NCBI GenBank assembly: GCA_963666835.2
Contig: CAXXGO010000001.1
Location: forward strand, 2,016,001 to 2,080,000
DNA from: Phycisphaerae bacterium
GTDB taxonomy: Bacteria; Planctomycetota; Phycisphaerae; UBA1845
Reading direction: 5' to 3'
DNA: 64,000 nt
Each line of letters opens with the position of its first letter. Positions within the stretch are counted from its first letter, which is position 1. Below are positions 11,504-21,006 of the stretch, piece by piece. The position numbers were made by a program, and so were the translations under genes. The notes under the pieces are model-generated. The model made no database searches. It saw only the letters and a list, made by a program, of their open reading frames with translations, and had not been told where the DNA came from.

Positions 11504-11910
11504 TGGGAATCTCCCAGTCTGGTATCCTTGTCATCTCGAACAACTACAGTACTCGGCCTCACAAGCATGCGCCGTACCAGACCGGGACCAGTCGCGAAAT
11601 GCCCCGCGAGAACACCCCGTGCGGCCTAACCGGCAAGCAGCGCGCCCTGGGATGGGTCGCCCCGTGCGGGCTCCAGGGTGAGCGGTTCCCTGTGGCGCCA
11701 GGGCTGGGCCGGGCGCAGAGCCGGGGAGGGGGACCGGCGCTGCGGCACCTCCCGCATACAGCACCGAGAAACGCCTTCGGCGAGCGGTCTGTACCGTCTT
11801 CCTGTAGACTGTTAGACTAATGTCGCGCGACTGCCTCGGGCGGGCGGCGGAGTCGGCTTTCGGGGCCGGCGCGCGAGTCCTATCAGATATGAAGAAAGGG
11901 AAGGATCCTG

Positions 11911-12449
11911 ATGACCAAACGAATGACGAACTTGGCCGTGGCGGCGGCGGCTTTGACTTTGATCGCCGGATGTAGTCTGTTCAACGGGTATTTCAATGCC
12001 GATTCGAGCAAGGGCTCGCAGGCGAGCTCCCAGCAGGAGTACTATGTTCGGGTTTGGATGGACAACCACGAGTGCGAGCGCGGGGCCTCGTTTTGTGAGA
12101 TATCCTCGCGGTGAGCACCCGCCCGAAGGTCAAATACGAGATCACCGAGGCGGACAAGATGGGACGGCTCAATTCGGTCATTATCAACATCTTCCGAGAG
12201 TTCGATGGTGGGTGGGCCAGCAAGGCTGATTTCATCGTCACGGCGAAGAATGCGAGCGATCCCGAAGGCCAGATGAAGACGGGCAAGGTCTACAGCCTGG
12301 GAGCGAAGTCGGACGCACTCAACTTCATGGACGGAAACGGTAACGTCCTGGACGAGATCAAACTCGAGCCGGGCATGAAGTACCTGATGAACTTCGTGGT
12401 CAGCGCCGACCGTAGCGAGAGCGTAGGGGTCGTCTTCAACGCACGCTGA
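11911..12449 (+). pseudogene. Hypothetical lipoprotein, split into 11911-12114 and 12111-12449 (frameshift, or two coupled genes)
   Basis: First ORF has an SD and lipobox IAGC but is only 67 aa. The second starts at a GTGA overlap with no SD and no signal peptide. Confidence 0.45.
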
Positions 12450-12591
12450 TCCGTCTTATTCGATCAGCTTACTGCAAGTCGCTGCGCTGCCGCAGCAGCC
12501 TCATCGCGCCACGTGAGCCGAGCCCTCAGGGTGCGTTAACGATTGGGGTGCGCGATGAGCGGGGACGGGTCCATTGCTCTGAGGTACTGCC

Positions 12592-13365
12592 ATGAAGGAA
12601 TACGACGCGGTTGGAGCACCGGCCTACGATTCGTACGCGCAGGGCGTGGAGGGCGATGTCGGTTTCTACGTGGATTGGGCTCGCAGAGTCGATGGCGATG
12701 TCCTGGAGCTAGGCTGTGGGACCGGACGGGTTCTGGTCCCCACGGCCGAGGCCGGGGCGAGGATCGTGGGCCTGGACTGTGCGCCCGCCATGCTCGACGT
12801 GGCCCGCAAGCGGCTTAGCCAGTGTCCCGATGCGGTGGGTAAGCGCGTAGAACTGGTCGAGGGCGATATGCGCGGCTTCTCCCTCGGGCGCAAGTTCGAC
12901 TTGATCACAATACCGTTCCGCTCGTTCCTGCATCTGCTCACAACAGAAGAACAGCAGGCGGCTCTGCGATGTGTACGTGACCATCTGGCGGATGACGGGA
13001 AGTTCGTGTTCAACGTATTCGACCCGAATCTGGAGCTGATCGTCGGCAGCGCCGGCGGAAAAGTCGCCCGGCAGACGGAGTTCAACGACCCGGCGAACGG
13101 CCACCGGGTGATCATGTCGGTCAGCCGCCGCTACGATCTCGCCGAGCAGACCATCGACGAGTATTTCATCTTCGAAGAGCTGGACGACGATGGGCGGATG
13201 GTCTCCAAACGGTACAGCCACATGACGCTTCGGTACGTCTTCCGCTACGAAATGCAGCACCTTCTCGAACTAAGCGGTTTCTCCATCGAGGCTCTGCACG
13301 GCGGTTTTCGCGGCGAGCCCTTTACCCACGGGGGCGAGCAGGTCTGGATAACACGCCAGGCGTGA
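12592..13365 (+). CDS. Class I SAM-dependent methyltransferase
   Basis: VLELGCGTGRV, GLDCAPAML, EGDMRGF and FRSFLHL motifs. Confidence 0.9.
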   Translation: MKEYDAVGAPAYDSYAQGVEGDVGFYVDWARRVDGDVLELGCGTGRVLVPTAEAGARIVGLDCAPAMLDVARKRLSQCPDAVGKRVELVEGDMRGFSLGRKFDLITIPFRSFLHLLTTEEQQAALRCVRDHLADDGKFVFNVFDPNLELIVGSAGGKVARQTEFNDPANGHRVIMSVSRRYDLAEQTIDEYFIFEELDDDGRMVSKRYSHMTLRYVFRYEMQHLLELSGFSIEALHGGFRGEPFTHGGEQVWITRQA

Positions 13366-13459
13366 AAGCGCCGTCCCTCGGCCGCCGGATTAACAACCGA
13401 CCGGTTCTGCCGTCTGAGAGAAGTAGTTGGGGAACTCAGGCGAGCAAAGGGTTGGTGCT

Positions 13460-15994
13460 ATGCGAGAGTCAGATACCGCGTTTTCGTTCTTGGGGGTATT
13501 GGTTGTTGGGGTAGTCGGGTGGGTAGCGTTTCTCGGTGCTTCGATCCGCGCCGACTCGGCTGGTTGGCGGTATGACTGTCCGGATTCTGCGGACACCATG
13601 CTGCGGCTGGCTCGATCGGATGACGGTCTGAGTTTTAAGGACTCCGGGGAAGTGTTCGCGGTCGGAGCCGCGGCTCCCGATCTGTTTCGTCTGCCGGATG
13701 GGGGGCTGATCGCCCTGTTTGACCGATCCGTCGGCGAAGAGGGCGCCACCGCAATCGTTATGGCGGTCTCGGCTGATCACGGCCGGACCTGGTCGCCGTT
13801 GCACGCTGTAACTCTGCTCGATAAGCACGACCGGACGATTCCGGCGCGGCATGGGGACCTGGAACGAATGCCCGACGGCAGTCTGCGGCTTTTTTTCGCC
13901 ATGCCGCTACGGCTTGGTGGTGAATCCGAGAAGCTGACGGTCATTCGGTCGGCGGTCACGGGCGATGGTCTGACGTACCGGCTTGATCACTCAGGGAGTG
14001 TCAGGCTTCGGGCTTCGGGTGATTTACATCCGACGGTTGGAAGAGTCGGCGGCGCAGTTCACCTTTACGCCGATGATACGACGGGGCTGAACACCGGAGG
14101 GCGGTTCGATGGAACGGCGGCTCGGCATGTAGTGTCACTCGATGGGCATCAGTTTGCGCGACAGGCTCCGGTGCGAGTGCCACGGGCGACATTCGTTGGG
14201 AGCGTCGTACGCGAACGGGAAACGGTCCGTGCTTATGTCACGAGCGATCGCGGCGTGACATCTCTGACTACGAAAGACGGGCGCGACTGGCGGCCCGAAC
14301 CGGGGGTGCGAATGTCCGATGGATGGGATCCGGCCGTGGTTCGGCTGGAGGACGGCTCGTACCTAATGCTGTACTGTACCGTCGCCCCGAAAGAAGAGAT
14401 TATGATGACGCCGCTGGTGCCCGACGAGTGGGTGCGTCCCGGCGAGCCGGTCCCGGGGTTGGCGAATGCCGACCGGGCCGGCTACGCGGTGTCCACAGAC
14501 GCCGGGGATAGTGGTTCGGTATCCTCGCACGCCGCCGGAGCAGGTTACGGTGCCGGGGAGACGATGCCCGGAACGGATGATGACCGATCTGAGGACCGGA
14601 TCGTTGGTGGCAAGGAAGACGCGAAGGTCTGGGACGACTCGCACCGTGAGTTAGTGGAGGACCACGCGCTGGGTTTCGCTCCACCTCCGAACTTCACAGA
14701 GAGGGTAGACTACATTCGGTGGTACCAGGAGTACATGCTTACTTATCCAATGGACAATGCGTATTACGTTTACGCTAAGTTCATGCCGGGACCGGGAAGC
14801 GATGGGGGCAACGAATACGTGTGGCCCGAACTTACAAACATGTTCACGAATCGCGATAGCAGGTTAGCGCCGGGGCCGTGGCGTCCGGAAGATCATCCGA
14901 GTTGGGAAGCTTCGAATCTCGCCGCGGAGGATCTGCTGGAGAGGTTTCGCGAAGCGACTACCCATACCGGGTACTGCACTCCTGTCGTTCTGGGGGCGGA
15001 CGGCCCGCCGCCGGAGGACGAATTGCTGGCCAATATCATGTTACCGCAGTTGAGCCGGCATCGGGCGGCGGCGCGCGCCACACTGGCAGATGCGTGGCGG
15101 GTGCGGGGTGACAGTGTGTCGTCAACGCGCATGCTCGATGCCCTGGAGACCTGTCTTCGCGGTGCCGACCATCTGGACCAGGGCGCCACCCTCATTGAGG
15201 ACTTGGTCGCAATGGCCGAACGGAGCGAAGTGCAAAGGAGTGCCCGCTGGGCGTTGGCGCGCGGCGTATTCTCCGGTGACGAGCTGGAGCCGGTCATGGA
15301 TACTCTGCGGACTCTCGACCAGGATCGCGACGAGAATCCCCTTCGTTACATCCGTGGTGACCACGCCGTCGCGATGGATCTTGTGCAGAGCCTTTTCTCC
15401 CATCCTGACCCGAACGACGAGCGCGGGCGTCTCGGGGGGGCTCGGGAACTGTTCGACGAAGAGTCCGCGCGGAGATTAGAGGAGAACCTGGCGGGGCTCG
15501 GGCCGGAGGATGCCGGACCGACCATCGATGCCATCGAGGCCTTCAGCCGCACCGCGGCCGAACTGATGAGCGTTGGATATCCGGAGGTTCGCGCCGCCGA
15601 TGTGCGCGAGGCGACGAGCGAGCACTGCTGGGCCACGCCCATTGTGGCGGAGTTGATCCCGAGTTTGAGCAGCTACTATCAGCGCGGCGCGCGGGAGGAA
15701 GCATCGCGCCGAGCCACTCAAGTTGCGTACGCCGCCCATATTCACAGGGCGGAGACGGGACGTTGGCCCGAGTCGTTGGACGAACTGAGCGGCGAGTACG
15801 GTGTGCGGATGTGCGAGGATCCTTTCTCGGGGCGACAGTTCGGCTACCGTGTCACCGCCGACGGTCCGCTCCTGTACAGCGCTGGAGAGAACGGGCTGGA
15901 TGACGGCGGCGTTCACAATCCCCGTTGGGGCGACGCCGCCGAGGACCTCGGCAGCTCCGACGATTATGTATTCTGGCCTCCCCAGCCGCAGTAG
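13460..15994 (+). CDS. Exported hypothetical protein: Asp-box beta-propeller fused to a helical domain
   Basis: N-terminal TM/signal; Asp-box-like SDDGLSF, SADHGRTW, TGDGLTY, SLDGHQF and TKDGRDW; C-terminal DPFSG...LYSAGENGLDDGG. Confidence 0.7.
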   Translation: MRESDTAFSFLGVLVVGVVGWVAFLGASIRADSAGWRYDCPDSADTMLRLARSDDGLSFKDSGEVFAVGAAAPDLFRLPDGGLIALFDRSVGEEGATAIVMAVSADHGRTWSPLHAVTLLDKHDRTIPARHGDLERMPDGSLRLFFAMPLRLGGESEKLTVIRSAVTGDGLTYRLDHSGSVRLRASGDLHPTVGRVGGAVHLYADDTTGLNTGGRFDGTAARHVVSLDGHQFARQAPVRVPRATFVGSVVRERETVRAYVTSDRGVTSLTTKDGRDWRPEPGVRMSDGWDPAVVRLEDGSYLMLYCTVAPKEEIMMTPLVPDEWVRPGEPVPGLANADRAGYAVSTDAGDSGSVSSHAAGAGYGAGETMPGTDDDRSEDRIVGGKEDAKVWDDSHRELVEDHALGFAPPPNFTERVDYIRWYQEYMLTYPMDNAYYVYAKFMPGPGSDGGNEYVWPELTNMFTNRDSRLAPGPWRPEDHPSWEASNLAAEDLLERFREATTHTGYCTPVVLGADGPPPEDELLANIMLPQLSRHRAAARATLADAWRVRGDSVSSTRMLDALETCLRGADHLDQGATLIEDLVAMAERSEVQRSARWALARGVFSGDELEPVMDTLRTLDQDRDENPLRYIRGDHAVAMDLVQSLFSHPDPNDERGRLGGARELFDEESARRLEENLAGLGPEDAGPTIDAIEAFSRTAAELMSVGYPEVRAADVREATSEHCWATPIVAELIPSLSSYYQRGAREEASRRATQVAYAAHIHRAETGRWPESLDELSGEYGVRMCEDPFSGRQFGYRVTADGPLLYSAGENGLDDGGVHNPRWGDAAEDLGSSDDYVFWPPQPQ

Positions 15995-16034
15995 CCACCC
16001 GTTATGAGCGGCGCCGACGAGGCGACACAGCCAG

Positions 16035-17570
16035 TTATTCCCGAGCGGCCAACAGACGGCGGATCTCGTGTTGGATGGGCTGTGCTCCGTGATCGTGGTT
16101 TGACATCACTGCGGCCGTGTATCCGGAATCGAGGAACATATCCAGATTCGAGTTGATCCCGGAGAATCCGCCGGAGTGTCCGACGATCCGCTCATCGCCC
16201 TCGCGGTCTACGGAGAAGCCGAAACCGTAGTCCGGGGAGCTGATCTCGGGCTTCGCCGACCAGACCATCTCCGTATACTCCGGATTGAGGAGTTTGTGGT
16301 CGCGAAGGGCTTGGTCGAACCTGAGCAGATCCTCAACCGTAGAGAACCCTCCGCCGGCCGGGCCGCCGCGAATCACGTGCTTGAATATGTTGTTGATCCA
16401 GCCGTTCTCGTCTTTTGAGTATCCCATCGCCAGGTTGGGTACGGGTCTGTCCATGTCGTAGCAGTCGCTGTTGATCATGCCGGCCGGCTCATAGATGTTC
16501 CGGCGGACGTAATCGAAGTAGCTTTGCCCGGTGACCTTCTCGATCACCACGCCGAGCAGGAATATCCCCGTGTTGCTATAGCGCCAGCTCGTGCCCGGTT
16601 CGAATGCGAGGGTCTCGTCGGTGATCAGCGGGCGGTAGTCGTCCAGATCTCTGAACATGGCGCGCGATGACTCCATGAACGTCGCGTTGAAGTAGCTGCC
16701 CAGGCCGGACGTGTGCGTCAGGAGGTGCATGATCTTGATCCGGTCGGTAATCTCACGCGGAAGCCAATCGGTGGAGAGGTACTTGCTCAGGGGATCGTCC
16801 AGCGAGAGCTTGCCGCGTTGGGCGAGTTGGGCGATGGCGACACCCGTGAACATCTTGTTCATCGAACCGAGATTGAACTTCGTGTCGATCTTGTTCGGGA
16901 CGTCATATTGCTTGCTGGCCAGCCCAAATGCGGCTTGGTAGAGGACCGTGCCGTCCTTGGCCAACAGGACCGTACCGGAGAACACTCCGGCGTCAGCCAT
17001 GCGGCTTACGTACTCCTTCAGCTTCTTTACGATCTGTTGGTCGGACATGCTCTGCGCCGGTTTCGCTTCCTTCGGGGCACGGGCCGGCGAGAACCGCAGA
17101 CCAGCGATTCGGTAGGGCGGTGTCGCCTCAATGTCCACGCTGACCTGGGCCCAACCCTGCGTAAGCCGGTTGCGCAGGATCACGACGTGCCTCGTCGAGA
17201 ATTCCGGGGACTCGTACATACGGATGCCAAAGAAGTCGTAACCTTGGCTTCGCTCATAAACACTGGCGAAGACACTCAAATGGCGGTCCATCGGCGCGAA
17301 GTCGCGGAAACGCTCGTTAAACGTCTCGTTGATGAAGGTGCGTACTCTCTCGCGGTCGTTCGAGTTGATCACGTCGATCAGCTCTTCAATCCGCTCGCCC
17401 ACCGGTCCGTCGGGCAACTCGCGTACGTCAGTAAACAGGCCGCGGTCCGGTTGAGCCCACGCCTGTTGCCCGCCGGGCAGTCCGAATGCGCAGAGTATGA
17501 CGGCACACAACGTCAGCTTCGCCGGATTCCGTTTTCCAGTCCCTTCTCTGTGGGATTTCAGCAGAATCAT
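16035..17570 (-). CDS. Serine hydrolase, beta-lactamase class C/S12 family
   Basis: SMNK (SxxK), LLTHTSGL, YSN and HSG motifs; N-terminal signal-like segment. Confidence 0.9.
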   Translation of the reverse strand: MILLKSHREGTGKRNPAKLTLCAVILCAFGLPGGQQAWAQPDRGLFTDVRELPDGPVGERIEELIDVINSNDRERVRTFINETFNERFRDFAPMDRHLSVFASVYERSQGYDFFGIRMYESPEFSTRHVVILRNRLTQGWAQVSVDIEATPPYRIAGLRFSPARAPKEAKPAQSMSDQQIVKKLKEYVSRMADAGVFSGTVLLAKDGTVLYQAAFGLASKQYDVPNKIDTKFNLGSMNKMFTGVAIAQLAQRGKLSLDDPLSKYLSTDWLPREITDRIKIMHLLTHTSGLGSYFNATFMESSRAMFRDLDDYRPLITDETLAFEPGTSWRYSNTGIFLLGVVIEKVTGQSYFDYVRRNIYEPAGMINSDCYDMDRPVPNLAMGYSKDENGWINNIFKHVIRGGPAGGGFSTVEDLLRFDQALRDHKLLNPEYTEMVWSAKPEISSPDYGFGFSVDREGDERIVGHSGGFSGINSNLDMFLDSGYTAAVMSNHDHGAQPIQHEIRRLLAARE

Positions 17571-17724
17571 CTAATCGCCTTTCCTGATGAGAGAGATGTC
17601 GTCTGTATCAAACCTGCCGTTTCGCCAGGGCGATTAGGGGGAGAAAACTACCTCCGCCGTTTCTTTCCCGGAATCAGAGCGGACCGTTGCAGGCCCGCCG
17701 AACCTGCTCCGAGAGACTCCGAGG

Positions 17725-18954
17725 CTATGCGCCGACCTTTGTTCGCTGCGGCGTAACGGGTACCTCCAGCGTCCTTCCGTCACGATCCACTTTCAGCGTT
17801 ACCGGTGTGGGAGAGCCGAAGAGCCTGCCCAGCTCATCTCGTGCGATTGCGCCGATCGGTTTGCCGTTGACCATGGTAACGACATCGCCGGGTTTGATAC
17901 CGGATTTCTCGGCGGCGCTGCCGGGGGTCACTGCGGAGACTTTCCAGCCGGTTGAGCCCGGCGCAAAAGCCACTCCGATTCGGAACGGGCTGTCACTTCC
18001 TTGGTGTGGCTTGCGGGTTGTCCGTGCGGTGCCTGATCCACTGCGGCGCAGGCGGATACGGCGGTTCTGCTGATCGATCGTCATTGCGAAGTCTTTGAGC
18101 ATCCCGGAACCAATGTTCGCGCAATCGAACTCCACCATCGGACCGAGATCCGCAAAGTCGACGCTCGGATCGTGAAACTCGTGGTCTCCGACCCGGATCA
18201 CGCCGTTGAGTTTGGCCGCGCTGATCTCAGTCGCTCCGGAGGGTGTCTGGGCTCGACCGACGACCCGGGGCTTGCCGGCCAGAGGGATCTTGTCCTGCCA
18301 CTTGGTTAGCATTGTCAGAAAGCCGGGCGAGCCGGTGTCGACGTGCGTCTTCATTGGAGTACCCGCGACAATCGCCTCGATAGTAACGCCGTAATCTCGG
18401 TCCGGGTCCGGAGAATACGCTATGACATCTCCGCCCGGCGGCGGGAGTTCACCCATCTCGAAGATGAACCTCTGATTCGGGTAATCGAAGGTGAACAGGC
18501 AGTCTTCGAACAACGGGAGACCGAGAATCCCCACCGGAGCGTCGGGCGTAGCCGGCATAAACGAATCAAAATCAGCCACCATGACATGGACTTTGGAGAA
18601 TACCACGTCTCCGATCGTAATCGAGTTGACTTCAACCGGATCGGACTCCTCTACGGCCCCTAGCCCGGGAACCGTTTGGGGAACCGGCAGGCCCAGCTCC
18701 TTTGCCACGCTATCGTCAATCAATGCCGTCATGGTCGTGCCCGTGTCCACATCGAGCCGAAACGGGCCTTTCCCGTTGATTCTGGCCATCACGGCCGGCC
18801 TGGTGCCCCATTCTTCCATTGGCGCAGACACGACCGGGGCGCTCAGTCTCGTGGATTTTGGGGGCTTCATATCGGGCGGAAGAGTCTCCGCCTGGGCGAA
18901 CGAACACATGCTCGAAGCTGAGGTGATCGCGGCAACGGCAATCAGGTGGCACAT
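17725..18954 (-). CDS. Aspartyl protease (two DTG lobes) with C-terminal PDZ domain
   Basis: VDTGT and VDTGS motifs, GILGL, and PDZ segment VTPGSAAEKSGIKPGDVV. Confidence 0.85.
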   Translation of the reverse strand: MCHLIAVAAITSASSMCSFAQAETLPPDMKPPKSTRLSAPVVSAPMEEWGTRPAVMARINGKGPFRLDVDTGTTMTALIDDSVAKELGLPVPQTVPGLGAVEESDPVEVNSITIGDVVFSKVHVMVADFDSFMPATPDAPVGILGLPLFEDCLFTFDYPNQRFIFEMGELPPPGGDVIAYSPDPDRDYGVTIEAIVAGTPMKTHVDTGSPGFLTMLTKWQDKIPLAGKPRVVGRAQTPSGATEISAAKLNGVIRVGDHEFHDPSVDFADLGPMVEFDCANIGSGMLKDFAMTIDQQNRRIRLRRSGSGTARTTRKPHQGSDSPFRIGVAFAPGSTGWKVSAVTPGSAAEKSGIKPGDVVTMVNGKPIGAIARDELGRLFGSPTPVTLKVDRDGRTLEVPVTPQRTKVGA

Positions 18955-19021
18955 GGTAACGGTCCTTTCTTCGGTGTTTGCGGTTCCGAGGGTCGCGAGA
19001 CCCCGACGCAAGTTTGTTCAG

Positions 19022-19038
19022 TAGTACGATTCGTACTA
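19022..19038. promoter_or_regulatory. Perfect palindrome TAGTACGA-T-TCGTACTA, candidate PadR operator
   Basis: 8-1-8 inverted repeat lying between the divergent protease and PadR genes. Confidence 0.6.
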
Positions 19039-19122
19039 TCATGAGACGGGCTTGGGGAGGCGGTCCTGTCAGGAATCGGCGAGGAGTTTCGTCGGTAACG
19101 ATGGGCACCGGCTTTCCTTGGA

Positions 19123-19668
19123 GTGAGAATTGTGCAGAGCGAGCTGGAGAACGTGGTTCTGGGTATGGTATGGGCCGACCAGCCTTGTACCGCCTACACC
19201 GTGCGTAAAGTCTTCCAGAATTCGCCCTCTTCCCATTGGAGCGGCAGCGCCGGGGCGATCTACCCCCTGATGCGCCGCCTGGAAGGGCGGGGTCTGCTGT
19301 GCTCGACCGCACGCCGCGGCGACCGGAGGGCGACCAAGCTCTATCGGCTGACCCAGCGCGGGCGGCGCGACCTCGAGGCTTGGCTTAGCCCGCCGCTGCC
19401 GCCCGCCTCGGCGCTCATGAACGTGGATCCGCTGCGGATTCGAGTGTGGTTTCTTAAGGTGCTGCCGGAGGAGCAGCGGCTGGCCGTGATTGATGAAGCG
19501 TTGGCGAAGATGCACGAGCAGCTTGAGCGAGTGCGGGAAGAGGCTCGGCGCAGTTGGGCGCTGCGGAATGCCTCCAAGTACCTCGTGGATCGCGGCGCCG
19601 TCCTGAGCATTCGAGCCCAGGCAGCCTGGCTACGCGAAGTACGGCGATCGTTGGATAGTCTGCGCTGA
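19123..19668 (+). CDS. PadR family transcriptional regulator
   Basis: WSGSAGAIYPLMRRLEGRGLL and KLYRLTQRGR winged-helix motifs. Confidence 0.9.
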   Translation: MRIVQSELENVVLGMVWADQPCTAYTVRKVFQNSPSSHWSGSAGAIYPLMRRLEGRGLLCSTARRGDRRATKLYRLTQRGRRDLEAWLSPPLPPASALMNVDPLRIRVWFLKVLPEEQRLAVIDEALAKMHEQLERVREEARRSWALRNASKYLVDRGAVLSIRAQAAWLREVRRSLDSLR

Positions 19669-19688
19669 GGAACGCTCGCTACGAGGGC

Positions 19689-20000
19689 TCACGGCCTTCG
19701 TCGTGACCATGAATGCTCGTTGGGCCGGCCGTTGGGTACCGATTCTCGGAGGCGGTCAACGCGTTCGCGAACCGCCGGGATGAGGTACATAGAGTCTGAA
19801 TCAGGTATTGCGGCCAGCGCGACGATGGTGCGTTCCAGGCGGGTGGCCGGGTCGGCGTCCGAGTCGATGAACAGCACTTGCTCGCCGCGGACTCGACAAA
19901 GTCCGCCGCCGGTTCCGCCCAGATGTTCCCAACGCACCGCGATTCCGAGGCGGTCGAACACCTCAACTACCGTGTCGAGTTGGGCTGAGTCTGTGCCCAT
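19689..20000 (-). CDS. Conserved-looking small hypothetical protein
   Basis: MGTDSAQL...LGIAVRWEHLGGTGGGLCRVRGEQVLFID...YLIPAVRE. The longer upstream ORF portion is antisense to the kinase. Confidence 0.7.
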   Translation of the reverse strand: MGTDSAQLDTVVEVFDRLGIAVRWEHLGGTGGGLCRVRGEQVLFIDSDADPATRLERTIVALAAIPDSDSMYLIPAVRERVDRLRESVPNGRPNEHSWSRRRP

Positions 20001-20090
20001 TCCGGCCAACCCTTCAAGAAATCCGCCCGATCGAGCCGATATCCATGATCCAGTGCCCTCTGAAGATAGCACAGGAGAGGACCGCATCCA

Positions 20091-20972
20091 ATGGTGAGAA
20101 ACCCGCCTGCCAGAGCCCGTACCATCGACAGCCCCACGTACGCGGAGCCGCCTGCGTCCGGCGTGGCGCGCGCAGAGTCGGCCCCTCCCGCGACGGACGG
20201 TGATGCTGCAATCGTCGAACGAGAGCTCGAGAAGCTGCAAGGGCAGTTGACTCAACTGAAAGCACAAGTTCGCCAGGCCCAGCAGCTTGCCGGTCTCGGT
20301 ACCGCGGCCGCTATGATCGCTCACGAGGTGAACAACCTCCTCACGCCGGTTAAATCGTATGCCCAGGCGGCTCTGTCTAACGATGACATTGAACTGCAGC
20401 GAAAAGCCCTGACGGTAACGGTCAAGAACGTGGAACTGCTCGTGGCAATGTCGGAGCGGGTGCTCAATATCAGTGCGGCCAAGCCTCCGGTTCGCGAGCC
20501 GGTCTCGCTGCGCCGAGCCGCGGACGACGCGGTGGCCAGCCTCTGCCGCGATCTGAGCAAGGACGGTATCAGTCTGGTCCTCAGAATGGACGAGTCGCTT
20601 ACGGTCTGGGCCGACGCTCTGCAACTCCAGCAAGTTCTGTTTAACTTGCTGCTCAACGCCTCCAACGCCATGCGTTCCTCACACGGCGGTCGGATCACGG
20701 TTGCTGGTGCAATCGAAGCGGGCAAGGGCGTTATTGAGGTTAAGGACAATGGTCCGGGAATCCCCGCGGAGATGCTGCCGCGGATCTTCGATCCCCTGCA
20801 GACTTCCAAGCCGATGGACCCCAAAGGGCAGCAGCGGTGTGCCGGGTTGGGACTTGCGCTATGCCGGGATCTGGTCATGGAGAACGGCGGCACAATCACC
20901 GTGGCCAGCGAGCCGGGCGTCGGAACGACTTTCACAATCACCCTTCCCGCCAACGAGCCCGCCGCGCAGTGA
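20091..20972 (+). CDS. Histidine kinase (HisKA + HATPase only, no sensor domain)
   Basis: H box AHEVNNLL, N box QVLFNLLLNA, G1 DNGPGI, G2 GLGLALC. Confidence 0.9.
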   Translation: MVRNPPARARTIDSPTYAEPPASGVARAESAPPATDGDAAIVERELEKLQGQLTQLKAQVRQAQQLAGLGTAAAMIAHEVNNLLTPVKSYAQAALSNDDIELQRKALTVTVKNVELLVAMSERVLNISAAKPPVREPVSLRRAADDAVASLCRDLSKDGISLVLRMDESLTVWADALQLQQVLFNLLLNASNAMRSSHGGRITVAGAIEAGKGVIEVKDNGPGIPAEMLPRIFDPLQTSKPMDPKGQQRCAGLGLALCRDLVMENGGTITVASEPGVGTTFTITLPANEPAAQ

Positions 20973-21006
20973 CTGCAAGCACGTGTGAAAGCGATCAGGG
21001 GGTCGG

